A stretch of DNA of 25,765 nucleotides. It comes from Bugula neritina (lineage: Eukaryota; Animalia; Bryozoa). The notes beneath the pieces are model-generated. The model was not told the DNA's origin. It did not search any database and saw only the letters and a program-made list of their open reading frames with translations. Shown in pieces: positions 10,967 to 22,610 of this stretch. The first letter of the stretch is position 1, and each line of letters opens with the position of its first letter. The stretch covers positions 1 through 25,765 of the forward strand of contig CAXIUT010000275.1 in assembly GCA_964035545.1 (NCBI GenBank), read 5' to 3'. Made by a program: the position numbers and the translations under genes.

Positions 10967-13215
10967 ATGGGCTGCGGTGCTCTATGCGGAGACACACTTA
11001 TTTCCTCTCCATCTCCTCTTTCCCGCTCAATTTAAGTCACAAGAACTCTTTTGCCTCGACTACCCAAGACGAATAAACTCATATCCTAGCATATCTACAA
11101 TAATTTTTTCCAAGATTATGAACTTGAACCAAAAAAGTATCACATACAAATAACAAATCACCTGGAATAGGAAATAACTACTATCAGAGAAGATATTAGT
11201 GACGTGGAAGATACTTCTTTACGGTCTTGATACATAACATAATCAATTATAGTAACTGCCTCAATGCCGATGTTTCCAGCTAAATAGCTCAATAAAACTA
11301 AAATAAAGAAGAATCAGCATTAATATATCATTAATGTTTCAGCAGATTTAAAAAAGATTTGGACAGAACATTGAATTTATCTCAATAGAAACGAGTTCAT
11401 TTTTAAAAAGTGTTGAAAAGAATCTCTAACTTCTTCCCTAAAATGGGATACACTCAAGGAATCAACTTCGTCATAGGCTTTCTCCTTATTATCGGCTATA
11501 ACTAACAAGATTGCTTCTGGATGTTTGTCCACATTGCCATTAGTCCCCGATTCTTACTTCTAGGCCTTTACTAAGATGGATTTCCTTTATGCAATGTCTT
11601 CTGTATACTATTTAAGAATATATTGAGGAGATTAGATTAGACTTTATATATCCATTTGTTTTAGAATTTAATAGTTGATGTATCTATGTGGGTTTTTTAA
11701 GTGGTTTATAACAGGATTTATCTATAGTTTTCCTTTATAAATGTGTAAAATCGTTATGGTAGATAATGATGCAGCTGGGAGGATTGGGAATAGTAGCTAT
11801 AGCTGTGGGGATAACTTTATAACTAGGACAGTATTTAAAATAGATATAAGAAATGGTTGAATTAAGTTAATTTTTTAAGAGTTTAATGGAAATATAAACA
11901 TTCAATCATTACATCAATATGGAAAAAGTCATATCTAGAGCTTATGGATTATCAATAATTCTTCAAGATTTTGATGGAATCTAATAAAATTAATTTTATG
12001 GTATATATTTTAAATAAAATCATATTCATCTTCAAAATCATATAAAAAAGTAGACAAATCTTCCTAGATATTCTTAACCAACAAACAAATCTATCTCTTT
12101 ACTTAACAACTGGTACGATAGATTAAGAGAATAGCGAATATCATTTAAAAACAAAGATAGATTATAGATATAACTACCTTTATAATCTTATGAGAAAAGA
12201 CCAAAGAAAGAATTAGTATAATAAATAAATAACAAAATAAATGAAGATTAATCTACCTCACCCGATCGCATGAGGTTGGGTAGTAGTGAACTAGGTCGGA
12301 GTGATATCGATATAAGAAGAAATATATTGAAATACCCTATAGATAGAATAAATTAGAATATCTAAGATGAAAACAAGTCAGTGATGTCTCAATATTAATA
12401 AAAATAATCAAAAGCAAACATCTAGCAGATGTCGATATCATCACATCTATCGAGAAGATCAAGACAAACCAATATAAGTAAAAGAAGTGGTATTTATAAT
12501 AGAAATCATTTATAGTAGTTAGACAAATTATAGAATGAATACTATTAGAATAAAAACAAAGTTATATTTAATAATTTTGCTAGTCCTGTTTTATAAAACT
12601 ACAAAAAAACTAGAAAAAATAAAAGACAACAAAACATAAAGTTAACATAGCAACTAAACATTCAACAAATAAAGTCATAAAAATAGACCCACTCTAACCA
12701 TAGCTGGGCAAAACACATTAAAAATATAAAACTATGATATCGTCTCAGTATCATCTAAAAACACCTCAACAAATCAAGAGTTAAAGGAGGACCCACCTTA
12801 TCATAGTCAAAAGGTCGCAGCTGTGCCTGCAAAATAAAAACATAGTAAAACAAACAATCCAACTATTAACGTAGCAGTGAACAAACCTCATCAAAAGGAC
12901 AATTCAGTGATAAGTAGTCGCTATCGAATCGCAACATGTCCCATACATAATAAAATTTATAAAGTAGTGATATACATACGACTAGTATGCAGCATACTGA
13001 TAGTCATCGATAGCGTATTCAGACAACATAGAACTATATGGCAACATAGAAACTATATGGTTAATTCTCACGGACCACAATAGAGTCAAGACAGGACAGA
13101 GGTGAGATGGAATCGTTAGAAAGAAGTTGATAGCTAGGTTTAGGTGTTACCGTTTAAGAAGGACAAGAAAGTAAAAGTAGGAAAGATATCACATATTTAA
13201 GTAGGTAATCTATGA
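10967..13215 (+). CDS. TBC-domain Rab GTPase-activating protein with long low-complexity C-terminus; contains apparent indels
   Basis: MGCGALC start (possible N-acylation), KDLDRT arginine finger, GYTQGINF glutamine finger, CFWMF, WVFKWF. Candidate introns 11137-11170 (34 nt) and 11252-11279 (28 nt). +1 shifts at homopolymers near 11695 and 11748, and probably near 12600. Confidence 0.8.
13024..13060 (+). repeat. 18/19-bp tandem duplication in the TBC gene tail
   Basis: caacatagaactatatgg followed by caacatagaaactatatgg. Confidence 0.8.
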
Positions 13216-13266
13216 TTTTTCAGTTATTAATATATGATTTAAAATATTTAAAAATATTAACGATAT

Positions 13267-13350
13267 GGGGTTGGGGTTGGGGTTGGGGTTGGGGTTGGGG
13301 TTGGGGTTGGGTGGGGTTGGGGTTGGGTTGGGGTTGGGGTTGGGGTTGGG
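13267..13350 (+). repeat. Internal (GGGGTT)n telomeric tract 1
   Basis: About 14 G4T2 units with two variant units, starting ~50 nt after the TBC stop codon. Confidence 0.95.
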
Positions 13351-13351
13351 C

Positions 13352-14371
13352 TATCACTAATCTCTTAAACAAATCACCAACCTTAAAATAACACAAGAAT
13401 AACTAGAAAAGTAAATAGCCTTGACAAAACACCAACTAGAAGTATAAAAATCAAAAACAGAACATATGAGACAAGAATACTAACTAAAATAGAATAGTTT
13501 ATTGAGACAAATTTAAGAGAAGAATATGAAGGTTAGACAGAAAGGATAAGAAGCATCAGTAGCTATGAAGAGATTAAGATAATAAAATACATAACTATCA
13601 TGCTAATTATCGCAACTAAGAGAAGATAAATTAAGATAAGGATTGAATGAAAGAAAATAGATGATATTTGAATAAAAAATGAAATAGGCTTGGATAAAAT
13701 TCGATTAATAAAAAAAAACAATGAGAACGTAGATATAGGTCCTAAAAAAAGAAGTATAAAAACTAAATCTAAGATATGAATAATAGAGAGAAAGTAGATA
13801 GAAATAAAGTGATCAATATTACAAGCAAAGATAGCAGTTTTCTTTGAGATAGAGATAATTTGGAGAATAGCTAAAGAAATTAAAAATTATGCATACAAAT
13901 ACTAAGAAAACATATAGTACTACTTATGATACAATGAAATAAAATGATAGAATATTCAGAGATGTCGAAAATATAGTTTTATTGAATAATAAATTAAATG
14001 GCTAGAAGAGATAGACTTAATAAAAAGATATAAGAAATATGAGAAAATATTATTAAAATCAAATGGAATTAATGAGATAAGACTACGAAGGATAAATCAA
14101 AATCATTAAATAGGAAATTAAAAAAATAAAAGGATTGTATTAAAACTAAAGAATAAGAGCTAACTAAAAAGAAAGTTAGCTTAAAATATGCAAAGATGAT
14201 AAAGATAGACTTAGTAAATAAGTTATATAAATGAATTAAAGGTTTATGGAAACAGTTAGTGATATTTAAAATGCAAAATAACGAGAGAGATCTTTGTACG
14301 AGGAAAGCATCGTGAGGTTGTTGGGGAATTTTTAGAAAAGATAAGAACATTTTGTGTCTAATAGAAGATGA
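13352..14371 (+). CDS. E/K-rich coiled-coil protein, apparently 5'-truncated at the telomeric tract
   Basis: 339 codons open directly from the tract edge (YHESLKQITNLKITQEELEKEIALTKHQLEVEK...) to TGA at 14369-14371, with no UTR-like spacer before it. Confidence 0.75.
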
Positions 14372-14437
14372 AAATAAGTTATTCCATGATTGATATATCA
14401 ATATATAACCATATTTGTTAGTATATATCTAAATAAA

Positions 14438-14516
14438 GGGGTTGGGGTTGGGGTTGGGGTTGGGGTTGGGGTTGGGGTTGGGGTTGGGGTTGGGGTTGGG
14501 GTTGGGGTTGGGGTTG
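14438..14516 (+). repeat. Internal (GGGGTT)n telomeric tract 2
   Basis: 13 perfect G4T2 units, starting 66 nt after the preceding stop codon. Confidence 0.95.
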
Positions 14517-14524
14517 TAAGATGA

Positions 14525-15293
14525 ATGTTTTTTATTTATCAAGGAGAAGATTTAAATAAATATTAAAGAACTTCAAAATGTAGCTAAAATATAAAGATGA
14601 ATACAAAATTTTTTATCCAGATGATTCAACTCAGAAAGATAAATATTTTAAATAATTTAACTTAAAAATTTAACTTAAAACCTATATAACTTTAAACTAA
14701 AAGATAAAATATTGAAGAAAAGAAGAAAGTTCTGAATAATTCCTATTTCAAAAAAAGGCCATAAATAGGTGATTGTGAATCAAATGATTTAAGGATATTA
14801 GATAATATTAAAGTATCAAAATATAATAGAATCATATTAGTGGTTTACTAATATTCTTGCTTCTGATCTTTTGGGGAAAAATAATAGATATAAAGAGGTT
14901 TTTGAGGAATTACAAAGAAAGGAATATCTTTATGAAGATTTATTGAATGAATATAATAGACTGGTCTAAGATTAGGCATATTAAAATAGACAAATTTAAT
15001 CATAGAACAGAAAATTCAAATAATATACTGAGTACTTATAAGATAAAGCGAATGCATTAGAAAATTAACTAAATTAAAAAGACATAATAATATGTTAAAA
15101 ATATGAATAAAAGTTTATGTAAATGGAATAAGAATTTAAATATTCGACCGATTAGTATGATAAAATTTTATAATTTGAAGTTGTTTAGAAGGATGTGAAT
15201 GAATTGAGAAATAACTAAAAGATGTTAAAGATAGTTTATAAAAAGCAAAATAAATAAATGATTATTCAGATTAATAAAGAAAGTTCCTAATGA
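14525..15293 (+). CDS. Hypothetical coiled-coil protein (one apparent frameshift near 14750; start uncertain)
   Basis: E/K-rich frame from ~14740 to TGA at 15291-15293 (…RYKEVFEELQRKEYLYEDLLMKY…); a different open frame covers 14525-14860. Confidence 0.5.
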
Positions 15294-15540
15294 ATAAATG
15301 ATTCTATTTTATTACCTTTAATATTAAACATTTAATTGACTTTTTTAATATTATGCTTCGATTGATAGAAATATGCAAAATGATTTAACTTGAATAAAAT
15401 TGTATTTTAAAAGAGTTGATGGAGGGTTTTATCAATTTCAAAATATAATTTAAAAAAATTTTAGTAGTTATCTATAAGATATAGCTTACTTGTGGATATT
15501 AAATTTAAAGGGAAATCATTTAATGTGTTATCAATAAAAG

Positions 15541-16416
15541 ATGAATAGATCTATTAATTAAAAAGTTCCTCTTTGTCCTATTAAAAGATCCTATTCACAA
15601 AACATCAATAATAAATGTTAAATTAATGATAAAATAAAAACGAATAAATATGATTAGATTGATCTGTAGTCTTAAAGAAAACGAATCCATGAAGAAATGA
15701 TGAAAAAGAAGGATGGTGAAAGGAAAGAAGATAATTAAAGTTATCAAAATACGATAAAATCTAAAGAAAATTAAATAAAATAATTTAAAAAATAACTACA
15801 ATCTTAAAAATAAAAAAATAAAGATTTATTTCTTTATTATTAACTATCAATTAAAAAATAAGTTAGAAAAAATAGAAATATTTAAATAAAATTATAGACA
15901 TAAATAAAATAAAAATAAATCTTATCTAAAATATTATAATAGAAATAGAAATAAATAAAAAATATTAAAATAAAATATTAAATATAAAAAGAACAATAAA
16001 AATAAATAATAAAATATAATATGTAAAAAGCAAACAAAGACATTTGTTTGAAATATCAAAAATAACAAAGAGAAAAGAAAAATTAAAAACCTGATAATTA
16101 TAAATAAGAAATTAAATCTTTATATCAACAACTGGACTAAATAACAAAATCAGCTATAATCTAAAAATAAAATTTATAAAAAGATATAAAATTTTGTTTA
16201 AGAGAAATTTTTGAACTCATAAAATAAAATAGACAGTTACAGTAGGCTATTTATTTGAATTAAAAGTATTAAAATAAGTAATCTTTTTAAAAATTACAAA
16301 ATTTTAAAAAAAGAAAATATTCACATCCATCTAAGGAATAATACTCTAATTAATTAATAAAAAATAAAAAAAATATTCAAAAGCTATCGAAAAGTATAAA
16401 AAACTTTACTAAATGA
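15541..16416 (+). CDS. Low-complexity E/K-rich coiled-coil protein
   Basis: About 290 codons without TGA, dominated by TAA/AAA/GAA/ATA codons; may start further upstream (~15353-15450). Confidence 0.55.
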
Positions 16417-16562
16417 TTCTATTTACATATTTTATTAAAATTGATCTTATTAAAACAATTTTAATCTTCAAAAGACTAATTTATATTAATAATATTCAAT
16501 AATGATTTATCTACTAAAATTAATATGATATTTATAGTTGATGATAATGATTGATGTTTATA

Positions 16563-19500
16563 TCAAGATAGTTTTTTGTTATTCTCCTAAACCACTAAAC
16601 TTCTAAAGTTACTTACAAATTCATGAGCAAAATTAAGATTCTTCAAAATCTATTCTATAGAACTTTGACTAGAATTAAGTTCAAATTGAATCGGACCTTC
16701 ATTCTCTTCATTTCTAACATTAACATCCAATTTAACTTTCTTTAACTCTCTCAGAACGCCCTCACTTATCTATTAATTCTCTAAAGCTTGTAATAAGTAA
16801 GGTATTTTACTAACTTTTCTAATCAAATTTAATTGAAAACGATCACTAACAAGAATAAAAACTTTTCCTTAAATTTTTAAAAAATAGCTCAATAATCCAA
16901 GTGATAAAGCTATCTCTTCCTCATACTGTGTACCTTTAACGAGTTAATCTAGCAAGACAAGACACTTATTATGAGTAGAATTATCTAATAAAGCTTTAAA
17001 ATGATGAAGTTCTGTTTGAAAATGACTCAAATTATTTTATATATTTTAATTTAAATGAATCTTACTCAATATTGTATTATATAGTGTTGTAGAATGATAA
17101 GAAGCTGGGACAGGGCAACCTATTTGAGTTAGTATTGCTAAATAGCCTAAAGAATATAGAAGATTTAATTGAGTAAATGAGTTAGGTTGTTTTTGAATTA
17201 TTACTGTTTGTTTAGTATTTGATATTTTTATAGTTATAGGATCTGATGGTAAAAACTGCGACTACTGATTCCAAAAAGTTCTGAGGTCTTTGATTTATAT
17301 ATTTTTATTAGTTTTTTGAATGATAGGAGTTGAAAAAGTAACTGATTGATGCATTTTTACCAATCCAGCAAATGATAGCAACATATCAAGAATTGATAGT
17401 TAATAATTGATTTAAAACAATACGTCAATATCTTTTTGAATTTATGAAATGATATTTTTAAGTAATCCTTCAGAAAGCAAGATAAGTTTTTTTTACGTTT
17501 ATTTGAGTCTATTATTTAAAGACAGCAAAATGGTAGTAGAAAATGTCAAAGTTCCTTTTCTTTATGTAATTTGTATGATATCATCTTCAATAGTTTCAGA
17601 TAAGGCACTCAAGTTGACCTTTTTATTACTACGTATATAATATCCTCTAAACTAGTTGTATAATAGTTTGAGTTATAGATTACTTTTTTGTTTGATATTT
17701 CTAAATATTTTTAAGATATCTTCAGTTGTGTGACTATAAGTGATTCTTAGTATTTAAATGAAGTCATCATCAAGATGATCTGCTTTGAATAAAAATATAT
17801 AATTTTATTTTTTAGTAGGTTGATTATTCTAAAAGGTCTTTAGTATTTACTCATCAAAATGAACTTCAATATGTTGTCTTAGTTGTGATACTTTATCATT
17901 ATTTATTTTGTTTCTTAGTTTTTGGAACAAAGATGAAGGCAATTCTTTATAATTTTATAATTTTTGATAAAATTTAGACAATAAAAAACAAAGATGCGAT
18001 AAAGAATAGATAGTTGATATGTAATTTTTAAGAGATTTCATATTTTTATCTTTAGGACATTGTATAAATTTAGCTGTCACTATCTAAAAATGCTTAAATC
18101 TAGAAACTTAATTACACAACAATTCATATAACGTACCATTTTATAACATAATATTCACCAACTATTGTCTCTAACGAATCATCTGCTCACTAGATAGCGG
18201 TTGCAGAAGATTACTTCTCAACATACGAGTACCTCCGCCAGTAAGACATTTGAAATGATCGATAAGACATCTATTTCCATCAAGAGTTTATCTATTCAGA
18301 AAGATCTACAACTAGATGATCGTTTGAGACTAAATAACCAATAGGTCATCAAGTACATGCCATTTGATGTTCAGTGAGTTGTAGTTGAATTTAGTTTATA
18401 AACTATTTTCTATGTGATGGAGAAGAGCATGAAGAGCAGAATAGGCTATAAATTTATGATCAGGATTATAATCATCACGATTCCCTCTTTGGTTATAAAT
18501 ATGAAAACCTCTAGTCTCGTCGAATAGCAATCTCTTCAATGATTTAAAATTTACATTTCTAAATTTAGATAACAGCTTTTGAATCAGTGGAGTGTGCTCT
18601 AGTGAAATTGAGTACAATATTTACTGAGGATAAAAACGTTCAATCGTAGATATTGTCCTAAAATAAGTCAATCTCTATATTATTTGACAAAGATGAATCT
18701 ATCCGTTGCTTGTATTGTATATTGCCAAACCAACTTCATTTGAACAGTACTAGATTAAACTAACTATATGCTATTTAATATGTCGACGTCCAGTTGTCCG
18801 ACCAGCACTAGTCTATCTCTTTGACCTTCGCAAACTCTACTACTCATGAGATTAGACAAAATTGTGAAGACTTGACCTCGATGACTGCAAATGTGAGGTA
18901 TCTAGGTGAGATAGATGAGGCCTTATGCTTGATATTAAAGGTTTTTTCGAGTATTGAAGATTAGAACTTGAATTTTCTGTTTGAGGTGGCTGTTTTGATG
19001 ATTGATTGTTTGTTGAAGTAGGTAGTTCTCTCGATGATGATCTCGGAAAGAATGTATAAGGTGATATTTGATCATTCTCTATATTCTAGAAACCTTTATT
19101 GTATTTTTAGAAGGAGAACTATTATTTTTGACTATCTTTTTTGATATGTTGTAACTTCAAAAGAGGATTGTTTTCATAGTTGAACATTGTTTATATTTCT
19201 GAGGCATCTTAGGCATTATCGTCCATCTAGTATGCTTTTTTCGATTAAGGAATATTTGAAAGCTAGAGATCACTTGTAAATCTGACTGATTTCTTTGAAA
19301 ACTAAGTTGTTTTGAAGTTTCCTTTCTTCAACCATTTTTTAGGCTCCTCATATTAGCTTTAAGGATTGCTTTTTTCAGTTCTTGTGAGGGCAAAATGACC
19401 ATATTGTCTTTTGCTAGTTTATCTATCTTTGTGGAAATATTAATTTGAAGAGGAAGGGAGGTCTTCTTTGCTTTAATCATCAGAGTCATCGTAACGGTCT

Positions 19501-19583
19501 CTTGACTAAGTGATAACAGGGAGAGATGTGTTGAGAGGACTTATACGAGAATGAGTTCTTGAGGTTTTGAGCCAGATATTCAT
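16563..19583 (-). CDS. MSH4: MutS-gamma MSH4-like meiotic protein, 1006 aa, intronless, degenerate ATPase domain
   Basis: Disordered ~270-aa N-terminus with no mismatch-binding domain I, then IVSLIE..NEVGLA..IHLCQI..TYFRTISTI, RLLFDETRG, LTGGGTRMLRSNLLQPL, LTQIGCPVPA and LVLLDELVKGT, collinear with MSH4 as I recall it. Confidence 0.85.
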
Positions 19584-19799
19584 TTAATAATTATGATTGA
19601 ATCAGTCACCTTTTGAGTCAGAAGTCCAATCAGTCAAAATATATAAATAGTTATTAACTTGATAATTGAAATTAAATGATTCTCAGATATTACATAAATA
19701 TTGTATTGTTTTGAAGTAATGAATATCTTGTTCACATAATTCTGACATTTATATTTTTCTTTTTATTAATATTGATTTAATTGATTGTTTATATCATAG

Positions 19800-20514
19800 T
19801 TTAATCAGTTATTATTGATAGTTATTTAAATACAAGTTTGATTTCAATTCAAACAGAATCAAAGAAGAGGAAGAAAAGTCAAGAGATGTAAAGGGCAATC
19901 CCACAATCATTATCAAAAGATATGCCCGAAAAGGCTGGGTTAAAAAGGTTTAAAATTGACTTAATAAAGGGAATAGTTTATTTATTTAATAGCTATTCAA
20001 GATATTGTGAATATTTGATATTCAACAGATTAAAAAATGGTCTCATGATTCTAGAATCAGAAGAAATTATATTTGACATATAAACAGGACTTCTCAATGA
20101 GAAAAACATCTTAAATAACAGTACTAACTTAGGAAGCCTAAATATATTGTTATAAACCATGAAATTTAGAGTCAAATAGTATAATTGTCGATAAAATTAC
20201 ATTGATTGATTCTAAATTAAGCTGATCAATTTATTAAATAGAAAAACAAAAAGATGATACTCTTCAGAAATGGTTGTATAAACTAACTGATCTTCAAAAC
20301 TTTTTCCAAAAACTACAATAAATCAAAAGGTAAATATCTTAAAGCAAATTCTTATCATGGTTTCAAATTGTTTAAGAAGATAAATATTGGAAACTAAATG
20401 CTAATATAGATGAAATAAGACCACAACAAAAGCTCCCCAAAAAAAGGCAAGATTAACAATGATAGAAACGCAAAACCCATTTAACAAAAACTAATTAAAC
20501 TTTTTATTCAATGA
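19800..20514 (+). CDS. Possible hypothetical protein; structure unresolved
   Basis: Two consecutive open stretches (~19800-20209 and ~20207-20514) in different frames with coding-like composition; no clear start or family. Confidence 0.3.
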
Positions 20515-20551
20515 ATTGATCTAAATATAATTGTAAATTTAATTTTAAATT

Positions 20552-21358
20552 ATGTAAAAATAGTCTCAACAATCACCCAACAACCTAATCCTCATTCGCC
20601 ACGGACAATCCAACTTCAACAGGGGATATTACGACTACCTCTCAACTCAAAACCTCAACTACACATAAATCCTCTGGTAAGATGCCTTGATTAAATTCCC
20701 TAAAATGCATTAAATCGTATGCTATGCCTAAAAACACATTGACGCTCCTCTATCTCAATAAGGAATCTAACAATGCCAACTAACAAAAAACTAACTAAAA
20801 GATTAATAAATCGATCTTGTTCTAGTCTCACCATACCAAAGAGCCCTTGAGACTTGTCAGAATATATTTGGAGATAGAAAGGTTAAAATCTAGGTGCATC
20901 CTATTTTTGCCTAAGTATTCAGGTATGCATGTGATGTGAGTCATTAATTATAAAGAAAGAGGAAATAATTTATTAATTTTGATTTTAGTCATATGGAAGA
21001 TAAAGACTAACTATGGTTTATATAAAACTTGTCACCAAAACATAAATAAACCTGGTAAAAACATCAATAATAAAATCAAAATGTAAAACAAAAACAACTA
21101 AAACTTCTATAACTACTCAAAAATAACATCATCTACTAATCACCATCATAACTAAGATCAAGAATGAATAAAGCCAAATTGGTACTAGAGTAATATCATA
21201 AAAAATATAATAAAATTGCTGTTGTATCTCACTTCTATATCTGTCGAACTTTGATCGCAGAAGAATTTACTGTTGATGGAGATATCGTTAACCCTAAAAT
21301 TATTGTCAATGCCAAACCATATCATACCTCAGTTGAAGAAATCATGAAATTCAAGTGA
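20552..21358 (+). CDS. Histidine phosphatase superfamily branch 1 (PGAM-like), 268 aa
   Basis: LILIRHGQSNFN, DAPLSQEGIEQC, VSPYQRALETC, HPIFAE, YESPSELRSR and IAVVSH; catalytic residues intact. Confidence 0.93.
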
Positions 21359-21461
21359 TTATACTTAAACTTATCTATAGCTCTTCATTTGATATATTTG
21401 AAAAGAGATATTTAAAATAGGATTGATAATAAGAACAAACTATCATTTAAATACCATCTTT

Positions 21462-21905
21462 TCATAACTTTTCACCTAAATTTCTTAAGCACTGATCTAT
21501 TGAGTTATTTACTGCAGCCATCTTCCGAGATAACAATCGGTTAAAACTGTGATATTTCATCGATTGCCTACGATCTCTATCAATCCTCTACATCTGCTCA
21601 ACTACAGCATGCTCAACCAAACCAACTCTCCCATCTCTCACATTCTCAGGAATAGGCCATTCGCCATCAGTAAAACTTACCTCGTCCTCAAAAAGCTCAA
21701 CTCCACAAAGAACTTAACCAACATTTACTCTCATTCCTTCAAATTGTTTATACAACTCCTCTGCAGTCTCAAGAGAAGGACTAACAGTCGCCTCATCCAA
21801 TTTTTTTCTTATCTAACTGTCTCTTTAAAGAATTTTAGTCAATCGAAGGGTCATTTTATCTAGTTCCCGCTAGCGATGCAACTCAGAATCTAACTATTAC
21901 TACAT
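21462..21905 (-). CDS. Hypothetical acidic protein, 147 aa
   Basis: Clean ATG-to-TGA ORF (MEEELDSELHRERELDKMTLRLTKILERD...) with higher GC than its flanks; no family recognised. Confidence 0.7.
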
Positions 21906-21942
21906 TAATATTTATAAATAACCAAAGTAATCATTCAGATAA

Positions 21943-22610
21943 TCATTCAGCTAATTGTTCGCTCATTGTTTCTCCTTCAGGATTGTTTTTCATCATAGTT
22001 TGCTTATTTAGCTCACAATTTAAGAGGTTTTTTCTATCAAAACTCTTTTCTTCAATGAAAAAACATCCGCGACAAACTGGCTTATACATATCTGCTCCTC
22101 CTATGATTTGAACCTATTTGCTCTAGCTTACTCTCTTCGTAAATGCTGCTTCTTTTGTGCAATAGACACAAATAGCATTTAGTTTTGTAACCTTTTCAGC
22201 TTTTGGAACCAATTCAACTATATTTCCAAATGCCTTTCGCTAGAATGTGCCATCAAGAGCAGCCACCACCACACTTTTCCCTAAATTAGCCACTTATTCA
22301 CAGAACTCAACTATGTCTTCAAAAAATTGTCCCTAGTCAATCCCAATCACATCATAATCTTGTAGCTTGTCAACAATAGGCATCAAGGCAGTAACTTTGC
22401 TTGCTTTTTTGGTGATTCTAAATAAAAGAAGAACTACTTATCATGAGTGACCATTTCTTCAAGTTCAGAGTAACGATTGTCATGTGCAAAATTGAGGACA
22501 TGACAACGTTTATGAGCATGTTCAAAACGACGTATTTTTCTTAGAAGTTCTGAACTTTTTCCACTAAACATGGGTCCATAGATAAGTTAAATACTCCCTC
22601 TAACTTGCAT
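21943..22610 (-). CDS. TK1: Thymidine kinase (TK1 type), 215 aa, one 20-nt intron (22418-22437)
   Basis: [39 protein letters not shown], zinc ligands CVYC and CRGC, and IGGADMY. Confidence 0.97.

Noticed and set aside
11690-11760. Euplotes-type programmed +1 frameshifting
   Set aside because: That mechanism depends on a stop codon after AAA. TAR is sense here and the shifts lie in plain homopolymer runs.
13216-13266. Conserved chromosome-breakage or subtelomeric motif shared by the four telomere-adjacent regions
   Set aside because: Only generic AT-rich similarity (e.g. aaatatttaaaaa) in two of four; no Tetrahymena Cbs-like 15-mer seen.
5638-22610. Standard ciliate code (UAR=Gln) or a split code (UAA and UAG with different meanings)
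   Set aside because: Both TAA and TAG independently fall on invariant catalytic or structural Glu positions, and TAA interchanges with GAA between paralogs.
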